A DNA stretch of 64,000 nucleotides from the NCBI GenBank assembly GCA_043823745.1, contig JBDRAN010000035.1:13795-77794 (forward strand), written 5' to 3'. Source of the DNA: Candidatus Omnitrophota bacterium. Its GTDB lineage: Bacteria; Omnitrophota; Gorgyraeia; Duberdicusellales; 4484-171. Both the position numbers and the translations under genes were made by a program. Below, piece after piece: positions 1-9,286 of the stretch. Numbering within the stretch: the first letter of the stretch is position 1; every line of letters begins with the position of its first letter. The notes beneath the pieces are model-generated. The model was not told the DNA's origin. It made no database searches and saw only the letters and a list, made by a program, of their open reading frames with translations.

Positions 1-379
1 GGCGCTGGGCACGTAATGAAATCTGCTCAGGCGACTCCTCGGCACTTACATATAATGTTTTATCTACAAAGGAAAGCTGCGCCGCAACCTCAAGGAGTAA
101 TGTTGACTTTCCAACCCCCGGCTCTCCTCCAAGAAGAATGACCTCTCCCTTAACCAAGCCACCGCCTAAAATCCGGTCAAGACCCTCAATGCGGGTTGAA
201 ATCCTGGTAACCTCGTTCTTACCGACTTCCTTGACCAACTGGGGTGAAGTTTTTTCTTTCACAAAAAGCGCGGCTCCTTCCACCTGCTTCTCCTCGGCGA
301 ACGTTTCCCAGCCTTCACATAAAGGGCACCTGCCCAGCCACTTCACCGATTTATATCCGCAATTTGAACAATGAAACAT
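1..379 (-). CDS. radA: DNA repair protein RadA/Sms, N-terminal part; gene runs off the window start
   Basis: The reverse-complement translation from an ATG at 377-379 gives MFHCSNCGYKSVKWLGRCPLCEGWETF, a C4 zinc ribbon, followed by GGEPGVGKSTLLL (Walker A). This is the typical RadA N-terminus. The ORF track misses it because it has no stop codon in the window. Confidence 0.8.
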   Translation of the reverse strand, partial: MFHCSNCGYKSVKWLGRCPLCEGWETFAEEKQVEGAALFVKEKTSPQLVKEVGKNEVTRISTRIEGLDRILGGGLVKGEVILLGGEPGVGKSTLLLEVAAQLSFVDKTLYVSAEESPEQISLRAQR

Positions 380-474
380 TAGTCGTGCCTCTCCTCAAAC
401 ACTAAACACGAAACCCAAAATCCGAAACATTACTTGTTTCGAGCTTCGAATCTCGTGTTTTGATTGCGAAACCC

Positions 475-1188
475 CTATTTACGCTTTCTCGACTCTCGCG
501 GTTTATATAACAGTTTCCACGGATGATTCTTCAGATCGTCAATAAGTTCTTCAGTCTTACGAAAAATAGAATCGTCGTAAAGAAACTTACCCAACGTGCC
601 CTGTTGTTTCTGAATGTCCTCGGTCATACGCTTAACGTTAAGCGTTATCGCTTCGGTATTGTTAAGAATATTTTCAAACGACACTCTCAGTTTTCCATCT
701 TTAACGAACTCGTTGACCTCACGCATGGTTTTATGAAAATTATGCACAACAGTAAAAAGCGGAAGCGGCGAAATACCTTCGACGACTTCGCCGCGCTCGA
801 AATAACCATCTATTTTGTCCGGAGGCATTATTTCAAGATATTTCTCGCCGAATAAACTCAAGCTATTGATAATAAACGATGAATTACGTGGAATACGCGT
901 ATCTTCCTGCACCTTCGCGTACACAAAAACAACCGGCTGGCCTTCTTCCTGAGCAATCTCAACGCGCTTAACCTCTCCGACATCAACACCACAGAAACGC
1001 ACCGGGGATGCCGGACGAAGACCTTCGGCGAAATAAAAACGGATCTTAAGCTCGTAGGTACCTTTCCAAAAGGTCACGTCACGGATCGAAAGAAGGGTGA
1101 TCAAGAGCACAATAAGCGCAAGGATAAAGAAACCTCCCATTTTTAGCTCGCGCATATATTTTTTCATATCCCAGGTTTCATTCTTCAT
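475..1188 (-). CDS. mlaD: MlaD (MCE-domain periplasmic component of the phospholipid ABC transporter)
   Basis: 237 aa with an N-terminal TM helix followed by an MCE domain. It lies immediately downstream of the MlaF/MlaE-like genes. Confidence 0.7.
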   Translation of the reverse strand: MKNETWDMKKYMRELKMGGFFILALIVLLITLLSIRDVTFWKGTYELKIRFYFAEGLRPASPVRFCGVDVGEVKRVEIAQEEGQPVVFVYAKVQEDTRIPRNSSFIINSLSLFGEKYLEIMPPDKIDGYFERGEVVEGISPLPLFTVVHNFHKTMREVNEFVKDGKLRVSFENILNNTEAITLNVKRMTEDIQKQQGTLGKFLYDDSIFRKTEELIDDLKNHPWKLLYKPRESRKRK

Positions 1189-1202
1189 CGCCCCACCCCC
1201 TT

Positions 1203-1270
1203 CTCTAAACGCTAATGACCGCGAATAAAAAACGCGAATTACCGCTAATTGGAAACATTAATTTACGCTA
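1203..1270. repeat. Intergenic repeat CGCTAATGACCGCGAAT...AACGCGAATT (second copy at 7550..7610)
   Basis: A near-identical ~35-bp block lies downstream of mlaF and again downstream of mcsA. Confidence 0.65.
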
Positions 1271-1280
1271 ATCAGAAGTA

Positions 1281-1360
1281 TCTAGTATTGAGTATTGAGT
1301 CTATTAAAGCGCCTTTTATTCCCTCACGCGATACTCAATACTCTGTACTCAATACGCCTT
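1281..1360. repeat. Intergenic hairpin repeat built from tandem GTATTGAGT units (family also at 9995..10095 and 12860..12935)
   Basis: The arm AGTATTGAGTATTGAGT pairs with ACTCAATACTCTGTACTCAATAC. It lies between mlaF and mlaD. Confidence 0.75.
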
Positions 1361-1377
1361 CTTTATCTGCCATCTTT

Positions 1378-1410
1378 CCCATGAGCTAACAGCTATGAGC
1401 TCATGGGCTT
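1378..1410 (-). terminator. 10-bp-stem hairpin immediately after the mlaF stop codon (no U-tract)
   Basis: CCCATGAGCT-aacagctatg-AGCTCATGGG is a perfect inverted repeat. It lacks a T-run, so it may be an attenuator or REP-like element rather than an intrinsic terminator. Confidence 0.3.
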
Positions 1411-1413
1411 TCT

Positions 1414-2181
1414 TCATACTTCCGTCTCCTTGATCGGACCCGCCGACGAACCCTTAATAAACTGTATGACCCGCGCATCGGACGTATTGTTAAGATTGTC
1501 TTTATCACCAAAGAAAATAATTCTTCCGCCCAGAAGAAACGCCAAGCGATCGGCAAGTTTCAGACCCACCTCCAGGTCGTGCGTCACCACCAATGACGTA
1601 ATGCCGAGACGTTTATGTAAATCATCAATTAAGGAAACAACCTTGTCCACCGCGATAGGGTCAATCCCGGTAGTCGGTTCATCATAAATAATGATTTTAG
1701 GGTTATAAATAATGGCGCGGGCGATCGCCACGCGCTTCTTCATGCCTCCGGAAAGCTGGTACGGGTATAAGTCCTCTATCCCCTCAAGCCCTACCAATTT
1801 TAATGTATCCTTGGCGCGCTGACGGATTTCAGGCTTTTTGAGATTTGTATGCTGATAGAAATAAAATCCCACGTTCTCCTCAATGGTAAGAAAATCAAAA
1901 AGTGCCGCACTCTGAAAGACCAATCCAAACAACAATCTAATTCTCTCAAGTTCTTTTCTGGAAAGCTGCGTAATATCTGTCCCGTCAATAAAAACCTTAC
2001 CGGAATCAGGGCGCAGGAGCCCCATGATATTTTTAAGAAGCACCGTCTTTCCGGCTCCGCTGCGGCCGATAATAAGAAAAGTTTCGCCCTTATTAATGGT
2101 AAGATTAACACCATCGAGCACTTTTTTGGCGCCAAAGAACTTAGTGATATTATCAATATGGATCATTGCTTCAGTGCTCAT
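1414..2181 (-). CDS. mlaF: MlaF-like ABC transporter ATP-binding protein
   Basis: Walker A GRSGAGKT, signature LSGGMKKRVAIARA, Walker B IIIYDEPTTGID; about 255 aa, as in MlaF. Confidence 0.75.
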   Translation of the reverse strand: MSTEAMIHIDNITKFFGAKKVLDGVNLTINKGETFLIIGRSGAGKTVLLKNIMGLLRPDSGKVFIDGTDITQLSRKELERIRLLFGLVFQSAALFDFLTIEENVGFYFYQHTNLKKPEIRQRAKDTLKLVGLEGIEDLYPYQLSGGMKKRVAIARAIIYNPKIIIYDEPTTGIDPIAVDKVVSLIDDLHKRLGITSLVVTHDLEVGLKLADRLAFLLGGRIIFFGDKDNLNNTSDARVIQFIKGSSAGPIKETEV

Positions 2182-2321
2182 AGTGGTGCCCGTTCAGCTT
2201 TCAGACCAAGACTCCCTCCCCGACAGGGGACATGAACCTCTCCGGACTAAAGTCCGGAGTTTCTTTATAATCTCACGCATGTATCCACGGGTTAAAAGCC
2301 CATGGATTTGTGCGGTGGCGA

Positions 2322-3083
2322 TTAAAAAAGGAAATAAAAAAACGCAGTTAATATGCAATCACACACAATAATAAGGATAAAAGAACGCACGACAGCTTTC
2401 GTAACCGATTCGGAAACATCGGTAGATGAAAACGGCCGAAAACCCTCATAGCAACAGACAAATGCGATGATCGAGCCAAAACAAATACTCTTAATAAAAC
2501 CATTCATAAGATCTTTCATTTTAAGAGCATCGAAGGTGAGCTTAAAATACAGGTTAAAAGGGATCCCGAACTTTGATGAGCCGACCAAATAGCCCCCAAA
2601 AATACCAAGAAGGTCAGCATAAATAATAAGCACCGGCATGGTGATCAGCAGCGCCAGGAATTTGGGAACCACCAAATAATCGATAGGATCAACGGCAAAC
2701 GCATCCAGCGCGTCAACCTGTTCGCTGATTTTCATCGAACCAATACCGGCGGTGATCGAGGCGCCGCTGCGCGCGGCCACAATCAAAGAGCCAAGCACCG
2801 GGCCAAGCTCGCGAACCAACGATAGAGCCACGAGTGACGCGATATAAATTTCCGAGGAAAATTGTTTCAATTGATAGGCTGTCTGAAAGGCGATAATAAT
2901 CCCAATAAAAAAAGAAATCAGGGAAACAAGGGGTAAGCTATCGATACCAATAAAAATAATTTCACGAACAAGGGATTTAAGACTGCGTTTCTTTCTGAAG
3001 ATCCAGGCAAATGTTTCGCTTACAAAGAAAGTCATCCTGCCGAAATAACCCAATAGGTCAAGGCTGCTTCTAATAAGCCTCAT
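2322..3083 (-). CDS. mlaE: MlaE-like ABC transporter permease
   Basis: 253-aa polytopic membrane protein of MlaE size and architecture. Its 1-nt overlap with the upstream ORF suggests translational coupling. Confidence 0.7.
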   Translation of the reverse strand: MRLIRSSLDLLGYFGRMTFFVSETFAWIFRKKRSLKSLVREIIFIGIDSLPLVSLISFFIGIIIAFQTAYQLKQFSSEIYIASLVALSLVRELGPVLGSLIVAARSGASITAGIGSMKISEQVDALDAFAVDPIDYLVVPKFLALLITMPVLIIYADLLGIFGGYLVGSSKFGIPFNLYFKLTFDALKMKDLMNGFIKSICFGSIIAFVCCYEGFRPFSSTDVSESVTKAVVRSFILIIVCDCILTAFFYFLF

Positions 3084-3961
3084 CAGAATTCTCTCCTGCG
3101 CTCAAAACCAAGAATGCTTTTATCTTCCTGCATGCGAAGCTTCAGATAATTGTCACGGTACATTTTATAGCGTAACTCGGTACCGGGTTCCATAGAGTCC
3201 TCATCCTGACGCGCTCGAGCATCAAGTAAAACGTCAAAGTTCCCCTCGACCTCTTTCCTGAACCCCACATTTTTATCTTCCTCGGCGAGCAGGCGCCATC
3301 CGTCAAGCGTTACCTCGTGGGACACAAATGCCGCGCCCGGAAAAAGATTATTGAAGTCGCGCAAACTTAACGTGCCGTCAATTGCGTAACTACTACCATT
3401 CTTTAAGACAATTTTCGAATCGGTTAGCATCAAAAGAGGAGGCTTACCTAAAAAATTAAGCGCGAAACTTGAAAACTCAACCCCTTGGTAGACTCCATCC
3501 ATAATATTAATGGATCCACTTGCAAGATAGTTGGTCAATTGTCCCCAGATTTTTGCGTGCGCGCTGATTTTTCCTTTTAACTGTGGCTCTTCTTGGAATG
3601 TATTAACGTCAACATTAAGAAATACATCCTGATTCTCAATATTCACGTTTCCCTTGACAAGAAATTCCGGCGAAGAAAAATGACTCACATAGAGTGTATC
3701 GCCGCGCTTGACGATTTTAAGTTTTATCCACGGAAACAACTTTTCTTTGACGGCAATATTTTTCCCTTCGAGATTAAAGATAAGCGCTTCGTTCTCGCTC
3801 TTAACATCAAAAGTAAAGTCACCTCTGATGTTAAGATTTCCAATCGGAAACCCGGCCATCTCTATCTTCCGATTCTGAAAATCAATCGCGACAGAATTCT
3901 GCGCATACAGCGGCATAACACAGACTGCGATGCCTAATACAGAAAGAAAAAAAATTCTCAT
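3083..3961 (-). CDS. Secreted hypothetical protein (signal peptide, beta-rich) in the clpC-mla operon
   Basis: Hydrophobic N-terminal signal sequence [21 protein letters not shown]. No recognisable catalytic motif. It overlaps both the clpC stop codon and the mlaE start codon. Confidence 0.5.
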   Translation of the reverse strand: MRIFFLSVLGIAVCVMPLYAQNSVAIDFQNRKIEMAGFPIGNLNIRGDFTFDVKSENEALIFNLEGKNIAVKEKLFPWIKLKIVKRGDTLYVSHFSSPEFLVKGNVNIENQDVFLNVDVNTFQEEPQLKGKISAHAKIWGQLTNYLASGSINIMDGVYQGVEFSSFALNFLGKPPLLMLTDSKIVLKNGSSYAIDGTLSLRDFNNLFPGAAFVSHEVTLDGWRLLAEEDKNVGFRKEVEGNFDVLLDARARQDEDSMEPGTELRYKMYRDNYLKLRMQEDKSILGFERRREF

Positions 3962-6399
3962 TCAAATTGTAACTCTTCGCCTTTCCTGCTCACTCTAATT
4001 TTTACCACTTTTTCCGTTTTTAATCGTTCCTTAAATGTTCCTTTAATAATATCCTCGGCAAGCGGATCCTCCAGGAAACGCTGGATAACCCTCTTTAAGG
4101 GGCGCGCGCCAAAAAGAGGATCAAACCCCTTATCGATAAAAAACTCTTTCGCATCAGGCAACATCTGGATCTCAAAACCCTGGTCTTTGACGCGTTCGTT
4201 GACATACGAGATTTCAATATCCACGATCTGCTCAAGATCTTCCTTGCTTAGGGGCCTGAATACAATCGTTTCGTCAAGCCGGTTTAAAAATTCAGGCTTA
4301 AACGTTTTCTTCACCTCCTCAAAAAGGAGCCGCTTCATATCCTCGTAACTAATATCATCGGTGATAGTTTTAAAACCAAGCGAGCCGCGCTTACGAATAA
4401 TTTCAGCGCCGACATTTGAAGTCATGATCAGGATCGTATTGCGAAAACTAACCCTTCGGCTAAAACTATCGGTTAATCTGCCTTCCTCTAAGATCTGCAA
4501 CAGCAGATTAAACACATCGGGATGCGCTTTTTCGATTTCATCGAGCAGGACTACCGAGTATGGCCGGCGGCGCACTTTTTCGGTAAGCTGCCCCCCCTCT
4601 TCATATCCGACATATCCCGGAGGAGCGCCGATTAAACGCGAGACATTGAACTTCTCCATATATTCACTCATGTCAAGCTGGATAAGCGCGTCCTCATCTC
4701 CAAACATAAACTCAGCCAGGGCTCGCGCGAGCAGCGTTTTACCGACACCCGTGGGGCCCATGAAAAGAAACGAACCAATAGGCCGGCGAGGAGCCTTAAT
4801 GCCCGCGCGCGCTCTGCGTATCGCGCGCGCGATTGAATCAATCGCCTCGGGTTGCCCGATAACTTTCCCGGCGAGCTCAGCCTCTGCACGCAAAAGCTTC
4901 TCTGATTCCTTCTGCTCAAGACGGTATATCGGAATACCCGTGATCTGCGCTACCAGACGCGCAATGTCTTCCTCGGTAACGGTCGGAACGATCTGATCGC
5001 GTTTTTTACTCCAATCCTTACGCAAGCTATCAAGTTTAAGTCTCAATGTTTTCTCTTCGTCACGTAAGCGTGCTGCCGCTTCAAAATCCTGTTGCTTGAT
5101 CAACGCTTCTTTTTCTTTCGTGATCTCATTAAGCTGTGTTTCGGATTCCTTAATTTCCTTGGGCGCGGTTAATACGGTAAGGCGCGCACGGGCGCCCGAT
5201 TCATCAACAAGATCAATTGCCTTATCAGGAAGAAATCTTCCGGAAACATAACGATCGGAAAATTTAGTCGCCGCCTGAAGGGCCTCATCCGTAAATTGCA
5301 CGCGATGATGAGCTTCGTATTTATCCCGAAGTCCTTGTAAAATTTCTACGGTTTCTTCCACGGTCGCAGCCTCAACATAAATCGGCTGAAATCTACGCTC
5401 AAGCGCTGCATCTTTTTCAATATGCTTCCGGTATTCATCAAGCGTCGTTGCGCCGATACATTGTATTTCCCCGCGCGAAAGTGCCGGTTTTAATATGTTA
5501 GAAGCGTCAATCGCTCCTTCAGCGGCACCGGCGCCCACCAACGTATGCAACTCATCAATAAAAATAATAACGTCCTTTGATCGTTTAATTTCCTCCATTA
5601 CCGCTTTAATGCGCTCTTCAAATTGACCGCGATATTTAGTCCCGGCGATCATCAGTGCTAAATCAAGCACGATCAGGCGTTTGCTGCGCAAAAGCTCCGG
5701 CACATCACCTTTGGTAATACTCTGAGCGAGCCCCTCGACAATTGCGGTCTTACCCACACCAGCCTCCCCCAATAACACCGGATTGTTCTTTGTCCTACGG
5801 GAGAGTATCTGGATGACCCGCTCAATTTCTAATTTCCGTCCGATGACAGGGTCAAGTTTTCCGTCTTTGGCCAGCTTCGTTAAATCACGGCCAAATGAAT
5901 CGAGCGCGGGAGTTTTTGAGGAAGTCGATGTGGCGGTCTGACTCGTTGCGCCTTGGGGATGAGCACCTCCTAAAAGCGCTGAAATTTCTTCGCGCACCTT
6001 CGCAATGTCAATACCCAATGAAAAAAGCACCTGTGAAGCAAGGCCTTCTCCTTCACGGATAAGGCCAAGGAGTATGTGCTCCGTCCCGATATAGTTATGC
6101 CCCAAATTACGTGCCTCTTCAGCCGCAAGTTCAAGCGCCTTTTTAGCGCGCGGTGTAAATGGAATATCTCCGAGCACCGAAGCCGAGCTACCCGGAGAAA
6201 TAAGCTTCTCTATCTCGATACGCAAGCGTTCAAGATCAATCCCTAAATTCTGCAACACCGCGCAGGCAACACCTTCTCCCTCACGAACAAGGCCGAGTAA
6301 AATATGTTCCGTCCCGATATAATCGTGATTAAAGCGCCTCGCTTCTTCTTTTGCCAACACCAATACTTTTCGTGCCCTTTCGGTAAATCGATTAAACAT
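3958..6399 (-). CDS. clpC: ATP-dependent Clp protease ATP-binding subunit ClpC
   Basis: 813 aa. Duplicated Clp_N repeats ([12 protein letters not shown] twice). Two AAA+ modules with Walker A GEAGVGKT and [12 protein letters not shown]-like coiled coil lies between them. Confidence 0.9.
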   Translation of the reverse strand: MFNRFTERARKVLVLAKEEARRFNHDYIGTEHILLGLVREGEGVACAVLQNLGIDLERLRIEIEKLISPGSSASVLGDIPFTPRAKKALELAAEEARNLGHNYIGTEHILLGLIREGEGLASQVLFSLGIDIAKVREEISALLGGAHPQGATSQTATSTSSKTPALDSFGRDLTKLAKDGKLDPVIGRKLEIERVIQILSRRTKNNPVLLGEAGVGKTAIVEGLAQSITKGDVPELLRSKRLIVLDLALMIAGTKYRGQFEERIKAVMEEIKRSKDVIIFIDELHTLVGAGAAEGAIDASNILKPALSRGEIQCIGATTLDEYRKHIEKDAALERRFQPIYVEAATVEETVEILQGLRDKYEAHHRVQFTDEALQAATKFSDRYVSGRFLPDKAIDLVDESGARARLTVLTAPKEIKESETQLNEITKEKEALIKQQDFEAAARLRDEEKTLRLKLDSLRKDWSKKRDQIVPTVTEEDIARLVAQITGIPIYRLEQKESEKLLRAEAELAGKVIGQPEAIDSIARAIRRARAGIKAPRRPIGSFLFMGPTGVGKTLLARALAEFMFGDEDALIQLDMSEYMEKFNVSRLIGAPPGYVGYEEGGQLTEKVRRRPYSVVLLDEIEKAHPDVFNLLLQILEEGRLTDSFSRRVSFRNTILIMTSNVGAEIIRKRGSLGFKTITDDISYEDMKRLLFEEVKKTFKPEFLNRLDETIVFRPLSKEDLEQIVDIEISYVNERVKDQGFEIQMLPDAKEFFIDKGFDPLFGARPLKRVIQRFLEDPLAEDIIKGTFKERLKTEKVVKIRVSRKGEELQFE

Positions 6400-6494
6400 T
6401 CCTTGACCTCCTTAAAAATACAGAGAGCTCATATCGAGGAGCTCTCAATCGCTCATTATGCAATAAAACCTAAAGCCAAACGCGACAGGCAACC

Positions 6495-7553
6495 TTACTG
6501 ATTCAATACCAAACGCTCTCGTAAAATCGACGCTCTAATGAAATCGCGCTCTTCTTCCTTGAGAGGCTTATTCTCAATCTTCTGCAAATGCGCCGGCTGG
6601 ATCATTAAAAAAAGACTGTTAATAAGCTCGCGCCGTATCCCTCTAATTATACCTAAATCAAGACCCAAAGACAACATCGAAAGATGGCTCAACGCTTCTT
6701 TGCTACCGATGAGACGGCAATGTTTTAGTATTCCGAAAGCCCGCCAAACATTATCCTGGAGGCTAAATTTGTATTTTTTTACCAGGCTATCGCGAGAAGC
6801 GATCTCCTGTTCTTTTACTTGATTAACAACGCCTGAAAGATTATCAATAATTTCCTGCTCGGAAAGACCGAGCGATCCCTGATTGGAAATTTGGAAAAAA
6901 TCACCCAGAGCCTGCGTACCTTCACCAAAGAGGCCGCGCGCGGTAAAAGAAATTTTAACGAGAAGCTCTAAGATCTTATTGATACGTTTCGTTAAAACAA
7001 GTGCCGGGATATGAAGCATGCATGAAGCGCGCAGCGCTGTCCCCGTATTGGTAGGGCACGAAGTCAGATATCCCAAATCAGGTAGAAAAGCGAAATCAAC
7101 CAAATGATCAAGCTCATCATCGATTTGCCGGGCAATATTCCAGCAATGAGCCAGGTCAAACCCCGACGTAATCACTTGCAGGCGTACATGATCCTCTTCA
7201 TTTACCATAAGCGCAATGCGCTCATCGTTTGAAACGATCAAGCCCTTAGCTTTAGGAGAGATACTATGTTCCTGGCTTATAAGGTGTCTTTCAAGGAGAA
7301 GCTGACGATCGATTTCGTCAACATTCTCCATGCGCACAAATGAGCTTCTCTTAAGCAATCCAAGATTATCGATGACTCCTTCGATCGTGGCACACACATT
7401 CTCTTTTTGAGCGCCGGAAGCACGGGACGGAAAAGGAATGTCGGCAAAATTACGCGCAAGACGAACACGCGACGAAAACACGATCTCAGAGGAAGGCCCT
7501 TTGCCATTAAGCCAGCTATTTTCGTTGGTAAGAAGGTTTTCAAACATATTCAA
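6495..7553 (-). CDS. mcsB: Protein arginine kinase McsB (ATP:guanido phosphotransferase)
   Basis: Guanido-kinase active-site motif CPTNTGTALRAS; about 350 aa; positioned between mcsA and clpC as in the Firmicutes cluster. Confidence 0.8.
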   Translation of the reverse strand: MNMFENLLTNENSWLNGKGPSSEIVFSSRVRLARNFADIPFPSRASGAQKENVCATIEGVIDNLGLLKRSSFVRMENVDEIDRQLLLERHLISQEHSISPKAKGLIVSNDERIALMVNEEDHVRLQVITSGFDLAHCWNIARQIDDELDHLVDFAFLPDLGYLTSCPTNTGTALRASCMLHIPALVLTKRINKILELLVKISFTARGLFGEGTQALGDFFQISNQGSLGLSEQEIIDNLSGVVNQVKEQEIASRDSLVKKYKFSLQDNVWRAFGILKHCRLIGSKEALSHLSMLSLGLDLGIIRGIRRELINSLFLMIQPAHLQKIENKPLKEEERDFIRASILRERLVLNQ

Positions 7554-7763
7554 GCGCTAATGACCGCGAATCCAAAAGACGCGAATTTTCGCGAATGTAA
7601 AAACGTGAAGCTCCCTCTGTTATCTCCAATCTGAAATTCCGCCTCTCCGCTTGCAGCAGAGGGCGAGACCTCGCCAGCTATTGCCGGCGGGCTGCCATCT
7701 TCCTTATGAGCCATGGACTATGGACTTTCTCTCGCCCCGCATCCAATGCGCTGTCTTTAAACC

Positions 7764-8258
7764 TCACGAGGCACGTTTAGCTTCTGCCTGTTTTATTTCA
7801 TCACGCAGGCGGGCCGCTTCTTCATACTCCTCGAGATTGATTGCCCGCTGGAGCCGTTCTTTGAGCTCGCTGATTTTTGCGGACGACGTGATTTTCTTTT
7901 CTTTACGATAAGGAATTTTTCCCGCGTGACTGGTAGAACCGTGAATTTTCTTAAGTAACGGCAGGAGCACTCCTCTAAACGCGCTGTAGCAATACGCACA
8001 GCCAAGCCGCCCTTTTTTTTTGAAATCAGCGTAACTTAAGCCGCACGAAGAACATTTCAGAGCTATCTCTTCCTTTTCTTTAAGCGGGTCGAGGCCGGTC
8101 AAACCTACGAGAAAATCAGAGACATTAAGCTGATCTTTGATCTCTTCTGTTTTTGATTTAGCGCACGCCTGGCATATGTGCAGCTCCGCAATCTTATCAT
8201 GAACGATCTCGGTAAGATGCACCGTCGCTATATTTTTGTGGCAAATGTCGCAAACCAT
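7764..8258 (-). CDS. mcsA: McsA-like activator of McsB (zinc-finger plus UVR-domain protein)
   Basis: N-terminal CxxC pairs (CDICHKN, CQACA, CSSCG, CAYC); C-terminal UVR motif EEYEEAARLRDEIKQAE. Confidence 0.75.
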   Translation of the reverse strand: MVCDICHKNIATVHLTEIVHDKIAELHICQACAKSKTEEIKDQLNVSDFLVGLTGLDPLKEKEEIALKCSSCGLSYADFKKKGRLGCAYCYSAFRGVLLPLLKKIHGSTSHAGKIPYRKEKKITSSAKISELKERLQRAINLEEYEEAARLRDEIKQAEAKRAS

Positions 8259-8284
8259 ATCTCTAATATTTTGAATGACTAATT

Positions 8285-8400
8285 TCGAAGTCCCGAATGA
8301 CGAATGAATGATTGATGCTTGAATGATTAGAAATTTCTAAATTTAATCATTGAGTGGTAATTCGAAATTCGGGTTTCGTCATTCGTCATTTACAAACTAT
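8285..8400. promoter_or_regulatory. ~110-bp imperfect palindrome carrying tandem heptads (ATGACGA ATGACGA) immediately upstream of mcsA-mcsB-clpC
   Basis: AATGACGAATGA at about 8300 and its reverse complement at about 8383. The flanks CGAAGTCCCG and CGGGTTTCG pair. It ends about 30 bp before the mcsA ATG (8258). Confidence 0.35.
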
Positions 8401-9280
8401 ATTTCACTCCCTTTGTCTTGGTTGCTTTTTTGAACTCGCGCCTTAGGCGCGCCGTAAGAGGCCCTGGTTTCCCGTCACCGATCGAGCGCCCGTCAATCTT
8501 AACCACAGGAATGATTTCCGCTGCTGTTCCGGTCAAAAAACATTCTTGGCTGATATACACCTCATGACGTGTAAGCACGTGTTCGTGCGTTGGGATCTTT
8601 GCAGCTCGGGCAAGCGCAAGCACTTCATCGCGCGTTATCCCGCGTAACGTGCCCATGCATTGGGGGGGCGTATACAGGTGGCCCTTCTCCACCACGAAGA
8701 TGTTGTCTCCGGTACACTCGGCAACATACCCAAGATGATCAAGCATGAGCGCTTCCTCAAATCCACAATTACTTGCTTCGATTTTCGCTAAAATATTATT
8801 TAAATAGTTAAGCGACTTAATCTGGGGATTGAGCGCCTCCGGTATGGTGCGCACCGTGGGCACCGTCATGATCGCCATTCCCTCCTGATAGAGTTTTTCC
8901 GGATACAGCGAAACTTTGTCCGCAATAACGACGACTGTGGGCTTACCAAAACATTTCTTGGGATCAAGTCCTAAGTCACCCTCACCCCGCGAGACAATAA
9001 GACGCACATAGGCGTCTTTCAAACGATTGGCCTTCAATGTTTTGACAACCGCGTCAATACACTCCTTTTTACTCAAGGGAATCGTAAGCATGATTGAATG
9101 CGCAGACTCAAAGAGCCGGTCAATATGCTCCTGCAATTTAAACACCCGGCAATTGTAAGCCCGTATCCCCTCGAATACCCCGTCGCCGTATAAAAAGCCG
9201 TGGTCAAATACCGAGATCTTCGCTTCTGATTTTTCAACTAACTTACCGTTTAAATAAATTTTCATTGAACCCTCCTTCAT
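8390..9280 (-). CDS. Class IV aminotransferase (branched-chain amino acid / D-amino-acid aminotransferase family)
   Basis: FDHGFLYGDGVFEGIRAY and the overall ~290-aa fold-type IV pattern. The real start is probably MKIYLNG near 9265. Confidence 0.7.
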   Translation of the reverse strand: MKEGSMKIYLNGKLVEKSEAKISVFDHGFLYGDGVFEGIRAYNCRVFKLQEHIDRLFESAHSIMLTIPLSKKECIDAVVKTLKANRLKDAYVRLIVSRGEGDLGLDPKKCFGKPTVVVIADKVSLYPEKLYQEGMAIMTVPTVRTIPEALNPQIKSLNYLNNILAKIEASNCGFEEALMLDHLGYVAECTGDNIFVVEKGHLYTPPQCMGTLRGITRDEVLALARAAKIPTHEHVLTRHEVYISQECFLTGTAAEIIPVVKIDGRSIGDGKPGPLTARLRREFKKATKTKGVKYSL

Positions 9281-9286
9281 ACTAAC

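Noticed and set aside
138-374. Plus-strand 78-aa ORF at the window start
   Set aside because: Antisense to a clear RadA N-terminus (zinc ribbon plus Walker A) on the minus strand; its Pro/Ser-rich translation has no features.
523-855. Plus-strand 110-aa ORF
   Set aside because: Entirely inside mlaD on the opposite strand.
1800-2235. Minus 118-aa and plus 128-aa / 115-aa ORFs overlapping mlaF
   Set aside because: Alternative-frame or antisense ORFs within a well-supported ABC ATPase gene.
4361-4996. Plus-strand 211-aa ORF and minus 83-aa ORF inside clpC
   Set aside because: Antisense or alternate frame of a high-confidence ClpC; Arg/Ser-rich shadow translation.
8259-8389. Canonical CtsR operator (GGTCAAAnanGGTCAAA) upstream of mcsA
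   Set aside because: Neither strand contains the heptad consensus; only a different tandem heptad (ATGACGA) palindrome is present.
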